Notes under the pieces: generated by a model
The model's database searches: none
Seen by the model: only the letters and a program-made list of their open reading frames with translations
What the model was told of the DNA's origin: nothing
Shown: piece by piece, positions 23,575 to 36,918 of the stretch
How positions within the stretch are numbered: the stretch's first letter is position 1
How the letters are laid out: each line of letters starts with the position of its first letter
Program-made: the position numbers and the translations under genes
Source of the DNA: Lophium mytilinum
Lineage: Eukaryota
Length of the DNA: 64,000 nt
NCBI GenBank assembly: GCA_010093605.1
Contig: MU004190.1
Span: forward strand, 1,757,599-1,821,598
Reading direction: 5' to 3'

Positions 23575-24719
23575 CTTGGTGGTGGTGTTTGAGTTCTTGA
23601 GAATGGAGCGGAGCCGGGGAGCCGTGGTGGGATAGTGGGTGTGGGTGATGGACGGAATGTTGAAGGGTCGCTTTGCTGCACGCAAAGGACTGGAGCTGTA
23701 TAATAGTCGAGTCTCTGATTGCTGGATCAGAGGTCAACTGTCGGGCACTGGTGTTGGCTTTATGGTGGGTGGTTCTGAGGAATGGAAAGGTGGCAGCGAG
23801 CGTAGAGATATATGCCTGATGGGCTGTGGAGCTAGCGCCATGGGAGCCTGGGACTTGCATCGAGGGTGCAGGGGTGAGAAGCCCCCACAATTGCGCGGAC
23901 CAGCTCTCCCCTGTCTGCTGCCTTGCCCAAGACACCCCGACCTCAGGCGCAGGCGGTGCGAAGGCGGTCAGACCTGGCACCCAGGACGAGGAGAATGACG
24001 ACAGGAGACGCAGAACACGCGCGCTAGAAACGGCGACGGCACGAGTTTGAAGTCAGAAGACGCGCTGCGCACACTCACTCTCGATTCGCCAGCGCCCTCG
24101 CAGCCCTCGACTTGCAAACACTCCCCTGTGCCATACCCGCGATGACTCCCTCCACGGCAAAAGGGCGCGGGGTACTGCTGAGGCCGGCGAGGGATGGGAA
24201 GGGCGACGATGTGCTGATGGTGCTGTGAGACCGGCAGCCCTCGGCTTCATCTCCACCGCGTCTGCAGCTGCCCGGTCTGTCGCCGTCGGTCGGGGGAACT
24301 GGTGAGCGGGAGGGTGTACTCGAACGCCTGCTTGGCCCCCAAAGCAGCTGCGCCTCAGGCATCGTGAGGGAGAGGAGGGTGTGAAGCCAGCGAGTGGTCT
24401 CGCTTCTCGTCAGCCACGCTCGATGCGGCCAAGCGCCACCTTCACCCTTCTGCTGCGCCGCCCCAATTCACCGCAACACCAACACCCGCACAGCCTCGCC
24501 CGCGCCAGTATGGCCGGCCAGCCACTGCAGCATTGCGCAATTCGCAAGTCAAAGTCTCCGCCGGGCGGTTCTGCCGTTCGAGCTGCTCCCGCGCCAAAGG
24601 AACTACTCGTTCCCGTCGCTCCTTAGAGCCTTCCGGCGCCAATCCTATTGTTGGGCATTGCCCTGAAACGCGGCCTCCAAACACGCGACGAGTGTCCTTC
24701 TCCTGCGGCGCCGCTGCGT

Positions 24720-24776
24720 GAAACATTTCCACGCGCTGGAGGAGGCGGCGAAGCTGCGAACGCGTGGAAATGTTTC
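24720..24776. repeat. Perfect 16 bp inverted repeat with a 25 bp loop
   Basis: GAAACATTTCCACGCG (24720-24735) and CGCGTGGAAATGTTTC (24761-24776). Confidence 0.9.
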
Positions 24777-26877
24777 CTCGGGAAACTCTGCACGCTTCAC
24801 AGTCACTCCACCGGTTTGGTGACTCCCGTCGCAATCTGGCGCCTGCGCGCCCGCAGCCGTCTCCCGTCTTAGCTGCATTCGACGTGCAGCAGGTGTGCAT
24901 CCACGATGCAATCGTTGTGGCCAGTCCTCGCTTGGCGCCCTTCTTCTGCTTGACCGGAATTCTGGCAGCCCACATTGGCGAATCCCACCCCGGCTGCACG
25001 GCCACAGCTTACATCCCATCTTATCGATTGCAAGGGGAATTGCCCCTTGTCGAGCTGATGAAAACTCTTCTTGTAGCACTGCGCATGCTGAATGATTATC
25101 CTGCTATACACAGCTATATTCCACTTCTGTGGGTATGCTCTGATGGAAATACGCAAGCAGTACCCTTTCTCTCCCCGTTTGCGCTGCGCGTCCGTCTCAC
25201 ACTCCCATCCCAACATCCTCCGGTGAGTCAAAGCCTGCCTTCGAGAACAAACCGGGAGCGGCGTCCGGTCTGACTCCCTCATCATCGTCTCGCTCTCTCG
25301 GCCCGCGCCATTCTCTACCTTATCTAAGCGGCGTGCTGTTTGCCTGCCGGTCTGTCCTGTGACCGTTCTGCTCCGCTCTGACCTCGACCGGACCGGAAGC
25401 GTCGGTCAACACCAAGACATTCTGAGTAATAGCAACATCGCTCGAATTTTAGGCCTCTTGGCACAACTTTTCTTTCTACCGGTGTAACCAGTGGAGGTGT
25501 CAACTGTCATCTTGCCTCCAGGCGCGGCAGTGCAGTCCCGACAATCTGGCGCAGGAACCCTTATTGTCACGACCCTATACATCCTTATTCCTCCGACGCA
25601 TGCACGTAACGGTCAGCAGTGGTGCTACAGCACCCCCGCCACTGGGCTAGGCAACGCCCCGCAATACTCAATTCCTCATTGTTTGATCGTCATTGTCTCA
25701 TCAATTCCTTATCATCCCTCAGTCTCCATTCATCTGCAAAAAGACAGATTGCCCAACTTCTTCCTCCCTCACGACCAATCCCCCATTCCCAATCCAGCAT
25801 ACGTACTCCAACATCCGCATCCCACCATCTCCGCCAAGCACCCTTACCCGCAAAATCTCCCCTCAAATCCGCCTTCCGCCACCCAACCCACCAACGGTCT
25901 CAGCTGCCTGAACGCCTCGCCGTATCTCCGCTCGATGATGCAATGCCCATTGGCATATGTCATCCACCTTCGCCGCGTATGTCTGATCATGCGGTCGAGG
26001 CCCGCGCCATGCCTGTGTCGATGTCGTTCTGGCTGAGGTGGCGAGAATGAGGCTCTTGCCCGGTCAGGGTCCGGCGCGCGGCCTATGTAACCGTCGGCTG
26101 GCTGAGTTGATTATTGCGCTTGACCGGCCAAGAGCCTTGATGCGCAGCGTATGTGCGTGCGTATGTAATCGCGTGAAGGCTGACCTTATGGTGGCACCGG
26201 CATGGCGGAGCGGATGTTTCGCCTTCGCCGTGTCGGTCAAGCTGGTTGCTCTCAAAGTTGAATCAAAATGCCAGGTGACTACTAATCTCGCAGAGCATTC
26301 AACCTTTCTCTAAGGCCAAGAAGGTCGAAGCTGCTGCCAATCATCACAGGCAACCGCCGTCAGGTTATCGGAGGGTCCAAGAGTGTATTCCCCCGAGCGA
26401 GACACGAGCGGTTATTACAGTTCCCGTCCCAGACCTCCTACTTTGATTTCCAGGCAGAGAGTTCCTTGCCGAACCGCTGACATATCTCGCTCGTCCCCAA
26501 GGCAACCGTAATTAGGGTCGCGAATTACCCCTCCCTCTTCCCCCTAGAGTAGTGACGCCGTCCATTATTCTAGCTCCCGCCGCAGTTCCCGCAGGCACCA
26601 GCATTTCTTTTCTGCGAGTTGGTCATCGGCTGCGAGATCGGATGTGCGCGTAAGGTAGTTTTGGAGTGCACGGATAGTTATATTTTCTTCCATGCTTCGC
26701 ATTTGAGCTTTCCAAATAGTAGAAAGAAGGCTTTTCTTGTTGATGAAACTCTATACGTGAAGGATATCCACCGTATTCGTCCATCCTCTGCGCCCTATGA
26801 ACCGCAATCGCCCTCTGATCATCGCTTCTCGCATCATACCCGCACAAAAATCGGCTGTTCCTTTCTCACTCCTAAGC

Positions 26878-27159
26878 TCATGGACGTGCGCCCATACCCT
26901 TTCCAGCTGTTTGCGGCATTCTGCCACCTAGTTCGCCCCTCTGCCCCACTAAGGAGAAGTAAATGATATTCCCAAAACTCCAGCTGCTCCGCCTCGTTTT
27001 ACGAAACCTCTTCTTCCCCGCGGTGAAGATATCACGATATATCTTCCCGTCTCTACCCACGCGCGCCGCGCCGAAGTCGGAGAGAAAGGTCTCGTGGTCT
27101 AACGGCGTGGTTGAGGAAGAAACAAGGGAAGTCCTGAGCGCGTGAGTGGTGGAGACCAT
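26878..27159 (-). CDS. Possible small hypothetical protein or first exon
   Basis: ATG at 27159 after a pyrimidine-rich leader and a TATAAG at ~27364. MVSTTHALRTSLVSSSTTPLDHETFLSDFG...; no recognisable domain. Confidence 0.3.
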   Translation of the reverse strand: MVSTTHALRTSLVSSSTTPLDHETFLSDFGAARVGRDGKIYRDIFTAGKKRFRKTRRSSWSFGNIIYFSLVGQRGELGGRMPQTAGKGMGARP

Positions 27160-27991
27160 GCGACTTGGAGGGTTCTGGGATGGAGGTGGGTGGGTGAGGT
27201 AAGTTGTAGCAAACGCGAGACGTGGAAGGCTGAGGGTGATATTCTTGGGGTACTGGAATGTGGGATGCGTGAACACCGGTGATGGGAGATGGGGTTGAAG
27301 TTGATATTAGGTAGGAATGGAATGGAGTGGATTGGGTGTGCAATTATTACGCCCCTAGCTTATAGTACTAAGAATAGAACAAAGATTATATAGCAATGCT
27401 ATTCAGCTTCTACTTCAAGAATCTCCTTTGCTAAACTATCCTGGGTTAGTTACTATCTGTTTCAGTGGCTCTTTATAACCTCTTGAAGCTGCACCTACCG
27501 GTAGAGCATTTCCAGTCGGTTGGCTTAAGGGATAAGGCACCGTAGACGGCAGTACAGCGGCAGGATAGCGCTCAATTTTAGCCTCATCCTCGGACAGAGC
27601 GTCTTAACCGTCAGGACATAGGCGCGGCGGGTAGCAATATTATAGCGCATATACGGCTACAGGAAATAGAAAGAATGTATAAAATACTAGAGACGCTATA
27701 TAGCCCCACGTATAGCACAGATAGCACGTGAGAATAGGGCTCCGGACGAAGCTCCGAGCGGTTCTGGCCAATTAGAAGATCAGGCGAGAAGGGTGTGTAC
27801 GTTCGAAAAGGGGGTGTGCGAGTAGTATTCCCCATATATATGTATATATATACGTGTATACAAAGTTATTCGGCGCGCCAGGACCATCTCGACCCTGAAA
27901 TACACCCCAACCAAGTAGAATCTCCGTCTAATACCTTGTCGTAGTGTCTCCTCCATCCAGTCCACCTCTAAATAGCTCCCGTCCAGGTCGT

Positions 27992-30900
27992 TCACTGCTC
28001 CTCGCCAACATATCGGTCCCTCAGGCGCCTGTTTTCATGTCTTAGCTGTCTGGGTATGTTGTGCCCAAGGTTCTGCTCTTCAGCTTGCCGTCTAGGTTCA
28101 ATTTGACCTAGGCTTTGCACGTGAGCTGGCCGCCGAGACCTGTTGTCACCGAGGCTTTGCGCTTGAGCTGGCCGCCTGATGCTCGAATGGGATACTTTAT
28201 AATTTTTCCTAGTCAGAAGCTGCGGTGAATGGGTATCTGAGCCAGTGGAGAACGACGTCGCTGTGGTGCGTTCGCTGTTCTTGTAGTTCTGCGATACCCC
28301 ACTACTGACTGATTGCTTGTCGGCTAAAACCGATGACTCGGCACTAGAATCGACAAGAGTGGGCCATTCTTGGTCTTCATCTTCGGGAAGGTCAACGGGA
28401 TCGTGACATTCTTCTAAGTCGTCATTTCCATCCTCTTTCCACCGATATTTCCATCCGATGTTGTGTCCAAAGACAACAGCACCGGCATCTGCTAGTCTGC
28501 CTGGCTCTCCAAGGCATAAGCTCTGGTGCCACTTCCTAGGATAAAAGACTTGGACCGGATCGTTGTGGTTCTTGAACAGCCTACGGAATCGTCCACCTGA
28601 ACATTGACAAGTCGCGACGACGTCTCCAGGACAATGCCAGACAAGGCCATGGACTGGTTCCGGAGGGTCCAACCATTTACTGCCAAACTCTGACATGATT
28701 TCTTTCAGATCGACAACACTAGCAGCCAAATAATACCTGGCTGGTGGAAGACTGTTCCATCTGGGGCACATCCCTGGGAACTCAGTGGGCTTAATAATGT
28801 CGCCGAAACCACGGCCAAGCAAAGTGACTGCACCTATTGATCGTACAAAGTCTACCCAGCCATATCCCAGAGCATTAAGAGTAGCAACTCGTGGATGGAA
28901 GTCACGCCCCTTGGCTACGTCTAAGAAATCCCATCCTTCCAGGTGTTTCCGTACCCGCACCTTGATCTTTATCCCGTTCTCTCCCGCTGCTCGTGTCTGG
29001 TGTTCTATGATGTGGAACAGGATGTTGTAGTGTTCCTTAACAAGGTCGACGAACAGATAACTATTCTTCTTTGATTTCAATGTCGTCGACTCTTCAATCT
29101 CGTGACCCCTTTGCTTCTTTTCTTCTTCTTCGGATGCTTCTATCTCTCCCGGGTAGATGGGAAGCCTCATATTTTCCTCGTTGATAAGAACTTCTATCGC
29201 GGAACGTGGGTTGTACTCACTAGCATTGTGCATTTTGCTAGGGTCGAAGAGGAAGCGAGAAGCAAAACTGTCCGTCGCAGAGATGTCCAGCGATGCGCGA
29301 ACCAAATGAAGTAGTGCACTCGTGCCATTGACAAGCCAACCTTTCTTAACAGCTTCGTCCCACAGCACCACGTACTTAGTGTGGAGCAATTTGAGACTCG
29401 GGATGTACCCATTACGGGGAAGGTGGCTGGGGACATCTCGCACGCCAACCGCAATTGACATTCCTACAGAAAGCCATTTCCCCCCGGATACATTCAACTT
29501 CTCGAGCAGGCCGCCGGGGCGAGGTTTTCGAAGGCCAGTACCATCAATGCTGTACTGCGCGTCTTTTGCACCAGCGTAGTACGAACAGTCTGAGCTCCAT
29601 CCCACAACGTGTCGAGAAGAGTCTAGCTGAAGCAAGCTGATATCGTCAGACTTCGGAATGTGATTGTCGAGGTACGAGATCCACTTTCCACTGCGATTGT
29701 AAAGGTAATGCCAAATCATCAGGTCTTTTGCTACTCTCGTAGCAACCAACATGGCCGAATAGCCTTTGATGAAAACCCTCGAATCGAACTCGTTGGCATA
29801 ATCTGCGGCGGTCAGCTTAGCAATCATGTTGAGAGGCATCTCAAGACCCAATTCGTGGGCATGTTTAGTAGATATCGGAAAACCTTGTACCATCACTGGA
29901 TTTCTAAACATGCCATGCCAGCACTGGCCAGGCAAGGCTTCTTCGTTGGCTAGCAGTTGAATCGGAAAATCGATGTTGCAAGACAATTCGACCAGGCGGC
30001 TTTGAAATTGGGCCGTTGTGCTTCCTACACGTGTATTTTGAACGAAAGGTGAGCACACTGCAACCCCTGAATCAAACGATGATGATCGAAGAGCTGCTCC
30101 CAGCCATGCAAATTGTTGGGCAATCTCTGTGACAGAATCGGCAACGCCAACTGCTTTCACTATGACCTTGCGTCTAGGGATTTCGCTTTGAGAGGCTCCG
30201 ATACCAATTTCTGTCCCGTCCGGTAGAGTAGCTAAAGAGTCAATAGTGAAGCAGTTAAGTTAGAGAAAGTACTTACTATTTACTACATGTCCCTTCGGTT
30301 TCTGGACAAGATCTTTCACTAGCTGCATCACTTGGCTTCCAGTTGCCGGCCATGTCTGACGAAGGTACGCCTTTGTGGTCAGCGCCTGCGCATCGTTTGG
30401 ACAACCGGTCAGCGTGACGGCATTCTCCAGCGCCTTTTCGATGGTTTCACTGTATTGCTGCTCTTTCACAAATTCCCATGGGTCCCAATCTAGCTCAAAT
30501 GTTGCCTTATATGGTTGTGAAGGTTGTCTTCTGCTGACTTTTGGTGCGGATGGCAAAGCGGAGAAGATCTCCTCCCTTATGGCCTCCATCAGGTCTGGTG
30601 TTCCTCGCGACAATGTTGCCTCTCTTCGTAGAGTTGCAACAAGCCATTTGTAAGCCGACGTTTCCCGAAGCAAGTCGCGATACTGGTCAGAAGCTGGCAT
30701 TGCTTCGTCGTCATCCTTCTCTGATCTTGAAGTTCCCATGATGTGTTCTTGGTCGATTGGTGCATTCTCTTCTAGGTTATGATAGGTTTCAACTGGCAAT
30801 GCCGTATCCTGATAAGAGTCATTGGGTGGTTCTGCTAAAAACCGCGAAATTGCAAATTCTCCATTATTTGCTTTGTCAGCATCGGGAGATCCTGTGACTT

Positions 30901-33900
30901 CAAGTGAGAACATCTCCTCAAATGAGTATTGTATACCCCTATACGAGAAGTCAACTGAATGAATAGAAGCCGGGGGTGCGATCAGCTTACTTCCGGTACT
31001 TTTCAACAAAGAATGAAATATCTTGATATATCTGAGTCTGGGCTTCGTACCCTATTCTTTGGGCAAATGATCTTAGCAAATCTGGGAGCTTGCTAGAGAC
31101 CTGCTCTAAGGTGCTTTTGTCGAATGCGTAAACCGCCAGTGAGTTGAAAAGATCTGATACCAACAGGTCGATATACCCTTTATCTCTGGGAAATGGTAGA
31201 GTCGAAGTCGCAGAGGCAGAATATATAGATGGTGCAGTATATAGTCCAGGTTGAGGGGTGAACTGTCCCTGATTGACGGAGGGAATAAAGTTAACGCCTG
31301 GACTTATATCGGAGCGTTTGCTTTCAACCGTAACATCGACCCCAATTTGGGAAGTATCAAAACCTGGGGCCGACATCCCGTGAGTTCTGGATGCATAACC
31401 TGAGTCTGCTACCGAGCCCAGGTGCAACTTCTCTACTCGCATGGCTGAATAGTTTCCAAGGAATTCCGAATTCGCTGGGTGATTGGGGTCATGGAAAACC
31501 TCCATTGTGACTCTCTCACTTCTCTCGTTTTGTGTTACTACTTCAATCCTCTCGTATATCCTCATGAGCTCTTGGTCTATCTTATCCGCGTTCTTCAAAT
31601 ATCCTTCGACGGCTAGTGTCCGTGTTGAGCTCTGTTTCCCTAATAGCTTGTCCAGACGCTCCTTTTCAAACACCCGCTCCTTTAGTGCCAGTGTCTCTCG
31701 ATGGATCTCCTCCGCTTCTTTGTACTTCTCCTGAAGTTCGAGTACCGCTACCAAGTTGCTCATGCTCGTAAGCGTTCCCGGGTGCTTCCTCCCTAATACC
31801 TTCTCCTTTAGCGCCAGCGTCTCTCGATTCATCTTCTCCGCCTCCATGTACTTCCCCTGATATTGAAGTGACTGTGCCAAGTTGTTCATACTCGTGAGCG
31901 TGTCTGGGTGCTTCTTTCCTAACACCTTCTCCTTTAATGCTAGCGTCTCTCGGTAGATCTTCTCCGCTTCCTCGAACCTTTTCTGAGATAGTAGTGAGCT
32001 TGCTAAGTTATTCATGCTCTGCAGAGTATTCGGGTGCTCTTTTCCTAACACCTGTTCTGTCAGTGCCAGCGTCTCTCGGCCCAATTTTTCTGCCTCCCTA
32101 AACTTCCCCTGATTATACAGTGAGTTTGCTAAATCGTTTATAGTCGCGAGTGTGCTTGGGTGCTCCCTTCCTAACACCTTCTCTGATCCTGCTAGCGTTT
32201 CACGAATTTTGTCCTCTGCTTCTTTAAACCTCCCCTGACTTTGTAGTGAATGTGCCAGGCTATTCATGCTTGCCAAGGTGTTCTGGTGCTCTTTTCCAAA
32301 CACCTTCTCTAATCCTGCTAGCGTTTCACGAATCATCTTCTCCGCTTCTTTGAACTTTCCCTGATTTTGTAGTGAATGTGCCAGGTTATTCATGCTCGTC
32401 AACGTATCCGGGTGGTCTTTTCCGAACATATTCTCTTTGTGTTCAAGCAACTGTCGATGAGCTAGCTCCGCAGCTTTGAAACGTCCTAGTGTGGACTCAC
32501 ACCATCCTATGCGGTTCAGCAGCGACATCCTGGCCTCCGCTTCATACACTTCAGGTAAACCAACAATGTGGTTAGCATGAGGCAGATATGCTGTCCAGAT
32601 CATTCTCTTGCTGTGACCACCGTATGGGAGAACCTCCACCAGTCGTGTCAGTGCCTTAGCCACGGCACTAGGCCACCTATTGCTCTCTTTCAACCAGTTT
32701 CGAGTTGCTAAATAGACCAGCGCATGAATATCAAAAGTCTCCGGATATTCTTGTATCTGATCTTGCCATTTTTCGTGGGGCTGTCGCTCGGTGATCAAAG
32801 CATATGCTTTCAGAGTATCGATCGCTTTTGCCTTTTCTAACTTGGAACTGCTTAGAGGTAAAATCGATGCGGGGATGCTTTCCCCGGTTGTGCAGGCCAT
32901 GAATGATAGGTATTCCGCTGCTAATTTGTCTTGTTGTTGAATTTGCTGGAAAGAGATATACCATGTCGTGGCTACGGGATTCTTCTTGTTTCCATATCTG
33001 CCCCGGTCTTCGTACTCTTCGCTGAGAAGCTCCATAGCGTTTCTCTCACTGCTTTCGAACATAGTTATGTACTCGGAGAGAGCAATACCATTTTCGTTAA
33101 TGAAAGCCGCTGCTTGAACGATGGCAACGGGGAGGAAGGTCAAAGTCTCTAGGAACCAATGCACCATATCATCATCCTTTGGCATGTCTTTCTGGAGCAG
33201 AAGCTTCCCCAAAACCTCCTTTGCCTCTCCTTCATCTAGTTCGCCCAGTTTGACGGCATTGTTCGGAGCTAGTTTGATTGCAGCCTTTCGGGTCCGGGTC
33301 GTGAAGATAATAGAGCCTTTGCGACTATGCGGGAGGTAGTCAATCAGCCGATTCGCACCGGCTTCCTCTTCAGACGCGCCTAACAGGACGCTGGTGTCGT
33401 CCGCATTGTCCACGATCATCAACCACTGCCCCGAACCTTCATCGCTTAGCCTCGTCTTGACAAGCCGCTTTACATCCGCCTTGGGGTCCGCAATGTCTGG
33501 TATACGTAAGAGCTTCCCTATCGCTAGGTAAGCCTGCTCGAAGGTTTCCCGACTGACTGCAGGTACCCAGAAGATGGCGCGAGTAGGTTGCCGCTCCCTT
33601 GTGCTATAAGCCGCCTCAAGAGCCAGTGCGGTCTTTCCACAGCCACCAAGGCCGTATACCGCAAGTCGCTGGCATCCTTCTGATGAGATATGTGCGCTAA
33701 GCTGAGCGAGGAGCGTTTCTCGGCCGACGAACGATAGAGGTCTCGTGAATGGAACAATCCATGGCGCTGCCGTACGTTAGCATATCAGTCATAGTGATGA
33801 CTCCACCAGCCATGAAGTGAATGTGAAAGTTTGCGTGATTGGAGTAGCTACGGAAAGACACGGTGGTATATCTAGATTCAATGCAAGGAGAATGATGGTC

Positions 33901-35063
33901 TGGTATAGAGCACAAAGCTCTTTTTAGGTAGCTACGCGAGCGAGTACAAGAATTTTCAAGGCGGAAACCCCGTCACGTAGCTTTCGCTACGGATAAAAAT
34001 GCATCAATCTACTGCTAGCTTTGCTCTTACTGTGACCTGTTAAAGACAAGGATTGCAACTAACCTTCAACTGCAGCTTTCATATCCTTAACCACGCCGGG
34101 TTGGATCCTACAGAGCAGCTCTCGGGTGAACGCGGCCGCATTTCCAGCCGCATAAAACTTCCACCTATCGTTCTTATGCGAGTCCGCATAGTCGGAGATG
34201 CCGCGAATGACTAGACACTTTCTGTTGACGTCGACACCCGCTGCTTCCATCTCGACGCAAAGCGCCCCGTCACATCGCGCTCTAATTTGATCTCGTAGCT
34301 CGCCATCCTGGATAACCGAGTTGCCTGTGGCGATTCGCCCTCGATGGAAGACTAACTCGTTCATGTCCTCTTCAGTCCGTTGGGGTCTCTGAACCAGCTG
34401 GCTCTGGTCGCATGCCACGCAGTCAGATCCATAATATCCGATGTGATGGCGGCAGGTAGCCATGAAGAGCCGGTCATGTTCAAGGCCAGGGTGCACAAAC
34501 TTCTTCTTGTTCTTGCGAGTCACCAACCTGGCAAGTTGATGTTCAAATGTAGTCTTTCCCAGCTCATAATCGGAATCGAGGATGCTAAGCGCGTTTTGGA
34601 GCCTCCAGTCGGGGTCCTGCATCGTGCCCATGATCTCAAAATCGCCGTTCACCTTCAACCTTCGCCGGTCGTGGTAGACACAAGCTGGTTTCCCGTCGTC
34701 GGGCCATCCGACTACGACGTCTCCTAAATGAATGTTCTCGAGGGAATCCTCAGACTGTTTCAGAGGAGGGATTCCTCCTCCTATTCCAACGAGCACTGCC
34801 ATTCTGATGTTAGGAAACGTCTTGAACATGGGCCCGCTCAAACGCCCCGCGTTGACATTGGTTTCTCCCGGTGGGCAGGTCACTATGACTACGTTATGGC
34901 TGCCAATCGTGCCGCAGATGTACGTGTTCTCGTCGTAGTCCGAATCGTACGGCGGCGTGGTATGCTCCTCATCCAGCATCAACCGCGCAGGCAGCAGTTC
35001 AACGTCAGCCAGTGGGCATATCCATGCGACATGGTAGTCCGCGCAAGTAAGTTGTGGTGCCAT
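27992..35063 (-). CDS. Fungal NLR: PNP_UDP - NB-ARC - TPR with a long C-terminal extension, 4 exons, ~2225 aa
   Basis: Exons 35063-34064, 33766-30991, 30938-30277 and 30231-27992 (6678 nt, in frame). Introns 34063-33767, 30990-30939 and 30276-30232 are all GT...AG. PNP_UDP motifs VAWICPL, LVGIGGG, CVEMEAAG, IRGISDYADSHKN. Walker A GLGGCGKT and Walker B WLMIVDNADD. Six 42-aa HPDTLTSMNNLA-type TPRs. Confidence 0.85.
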
Positions 35064-35515
35064 TCTTCAAAGTGAATGATCTTGACCCAGAAGAAGGTTT
35101 TGTGCAGGACGAGGCACTTTGCTTCGTCGAGGACAGGTGCACGTAGAAAGCCGCGATCCCTCAGCCTGATCGCACCTTCTATCGCAGCCTTCCTGCGGAC
35201 CCCTCACCGCTCATCTCCGAGGTGCGCCTTCTCATGCACTGTTGGGCATGGACGCGACGTTGCGGCACATGATTGGACGGAAGCAGTTGTGCCTCGCCAA
35301 CTATCCCCTCCCTGGATGCATATGCAGTAGGTAGCCTTAGGCATCAATGAGGCTGAGCCCCGCTCCCAGCTAGCTAGCAAAAAATTTAGTATAATTAAAA
35401 GCATACCACTCTCGTGTCAAGAGATTTTCAGCCTCGAGTGCATACTTGTTGTTTCAGAGCTCGTATACCACATCCAACATTTCCGAAATCATCGTTTCTT
35501 AAGTGTCACCTGATC

Positions 35516-36466
35516 ATGGCTCAATCAAACACGCATCATGCATCTCAGAGTCCGAAAGAGACAATAGACAATTTCCGCAAGGGCTGGATAGCTAGCACCT
35601 CTGACAACAATCTCACGCTTCACGGCTTCCGTCGATTCAAGACCACACACTTACTAAATCTCCGGCTCCTTGAGAACGAGATCGCCGATATGGACCACGT
35701 CATTTATCAATCCGGCCTTAGCCTAGGACTAAGCGCCTCTTTTACTGACCGATTAGGTCTCAATCATAGCAAGAAAGACGCGAACATTCCGAAAATTGAC
35801 GACGCTATTACTCCAGAGTTCGTATTGAAACTACGCGATCTTCTTAAACAATACGGTGTGTAGGAAGATCTACGCTGGGGCTGCTTCGTTTTGCTTGAGC
35901 TAACGGAACTGAAAAACACAGATGAAGCACTCGCAGCCTTCAACAACATCATGGCAATGGAAACCTTCTCCCTCCTCGACGACGAGAAACAATCCAGCTG
36001 GCGTAACGACCTCAACCTCTACGAAGTCTACAAAACCCGACTCCTCCGCGTAGATCTCGGCACCCGCTCTCGAACCGACCCATTCCAGCGTTGGCTCCAC
36101 CGGTACCTGCGCGCATTCCGCTACTGGCGACTATCGCGAAAGTCTCAGAACAACCAAGAAGGCCTTGGATCATTTTCCGGACACCGCCGCCGATGGTCGT
36201 ACCAAAACACGATACTGATCGCGGATGTTATCGGACGCGTGACAGCTGCGGCGTTGACGGCCGTCTTTCTCGTTTGCCCGTTGGCTATCTTGGCGCATGA
36301 GTCTTCTAAGAATGTTCAGCTTGTTGTGGTGTCGGTTTGCATTCTGGTGTTGTCGTTTTTGGTGGCGCTGTTTTTGAAGGTTTCGAGCTTTGAGATGATG
36401 GCGATTTCGGCGGCGTATGCGGCGGTGCTTTCTGTGTTTGTTTCTAATACACCGGTGATAGCTTAG
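35516..36466 (+). CDS. DUF6594-like protein with three C-terminal transmembrane helices, 2 exons, 294 aa
   Basis: Exon 35516-35855, intron 35856-35921 (GTGTGT...GCTAAC...CAG), exon 35922-36466. FRRFKTTHLLNLRLLENEI and LRDLLKQYDEAL motifs, plus a hydrophobic tail ending ISAAYAAVLSVFVS. Family assignment is from memory. Confidence 0.75.
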
Positions 36467-36918
36467 ATTGGCGCGTGATGGTTGGAGTCAGTGTGATTTC
36501 GGCAATAAAAGGCGTTCAATAGCATAGTAGATCAGGTAGCTTGGTAGATAGACTGATACTTCTATATACGATGAGAAAGGACGTCGAGAATCTATAGAGG
36601 CTAACGAGCATGAATAATACTGGGATAGCACTGAGCCACAAATGAGATATCTAGGTACGCTGAGCGCATCCGCCCCTTCAATTTTAAATGCTGCCTAGAT
36701 GTGTGCTGTAATCAAAGGATGCTGGGATCCGGGAGCAGTCCCTTAGATGGAGGCTTTCCTTGACCTGGGAAATGGCCTCGCCGTTCCGGCTTCCAGACAT
36801 TCAACGCAAAACCAGGTGAACACGGAAAACAACCCCCTCTGCTGGACTTTGCACTAGCCGGAGTCAAAGGTATTTGCATTCATTTGCCCAATGGATTCTA
36901 ATTATTGCCCAAGACAGA

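Noticed and set aside
23600..26800. Short ORFs in the GC-rich tract
   Set aside because: Expected by chance at this GC content; no domain or coherent splice model found.
27830..27862. AT/TA microsatellite-like run
   Set aside because: Short simple repeat downstream of the NLR with no further structure.
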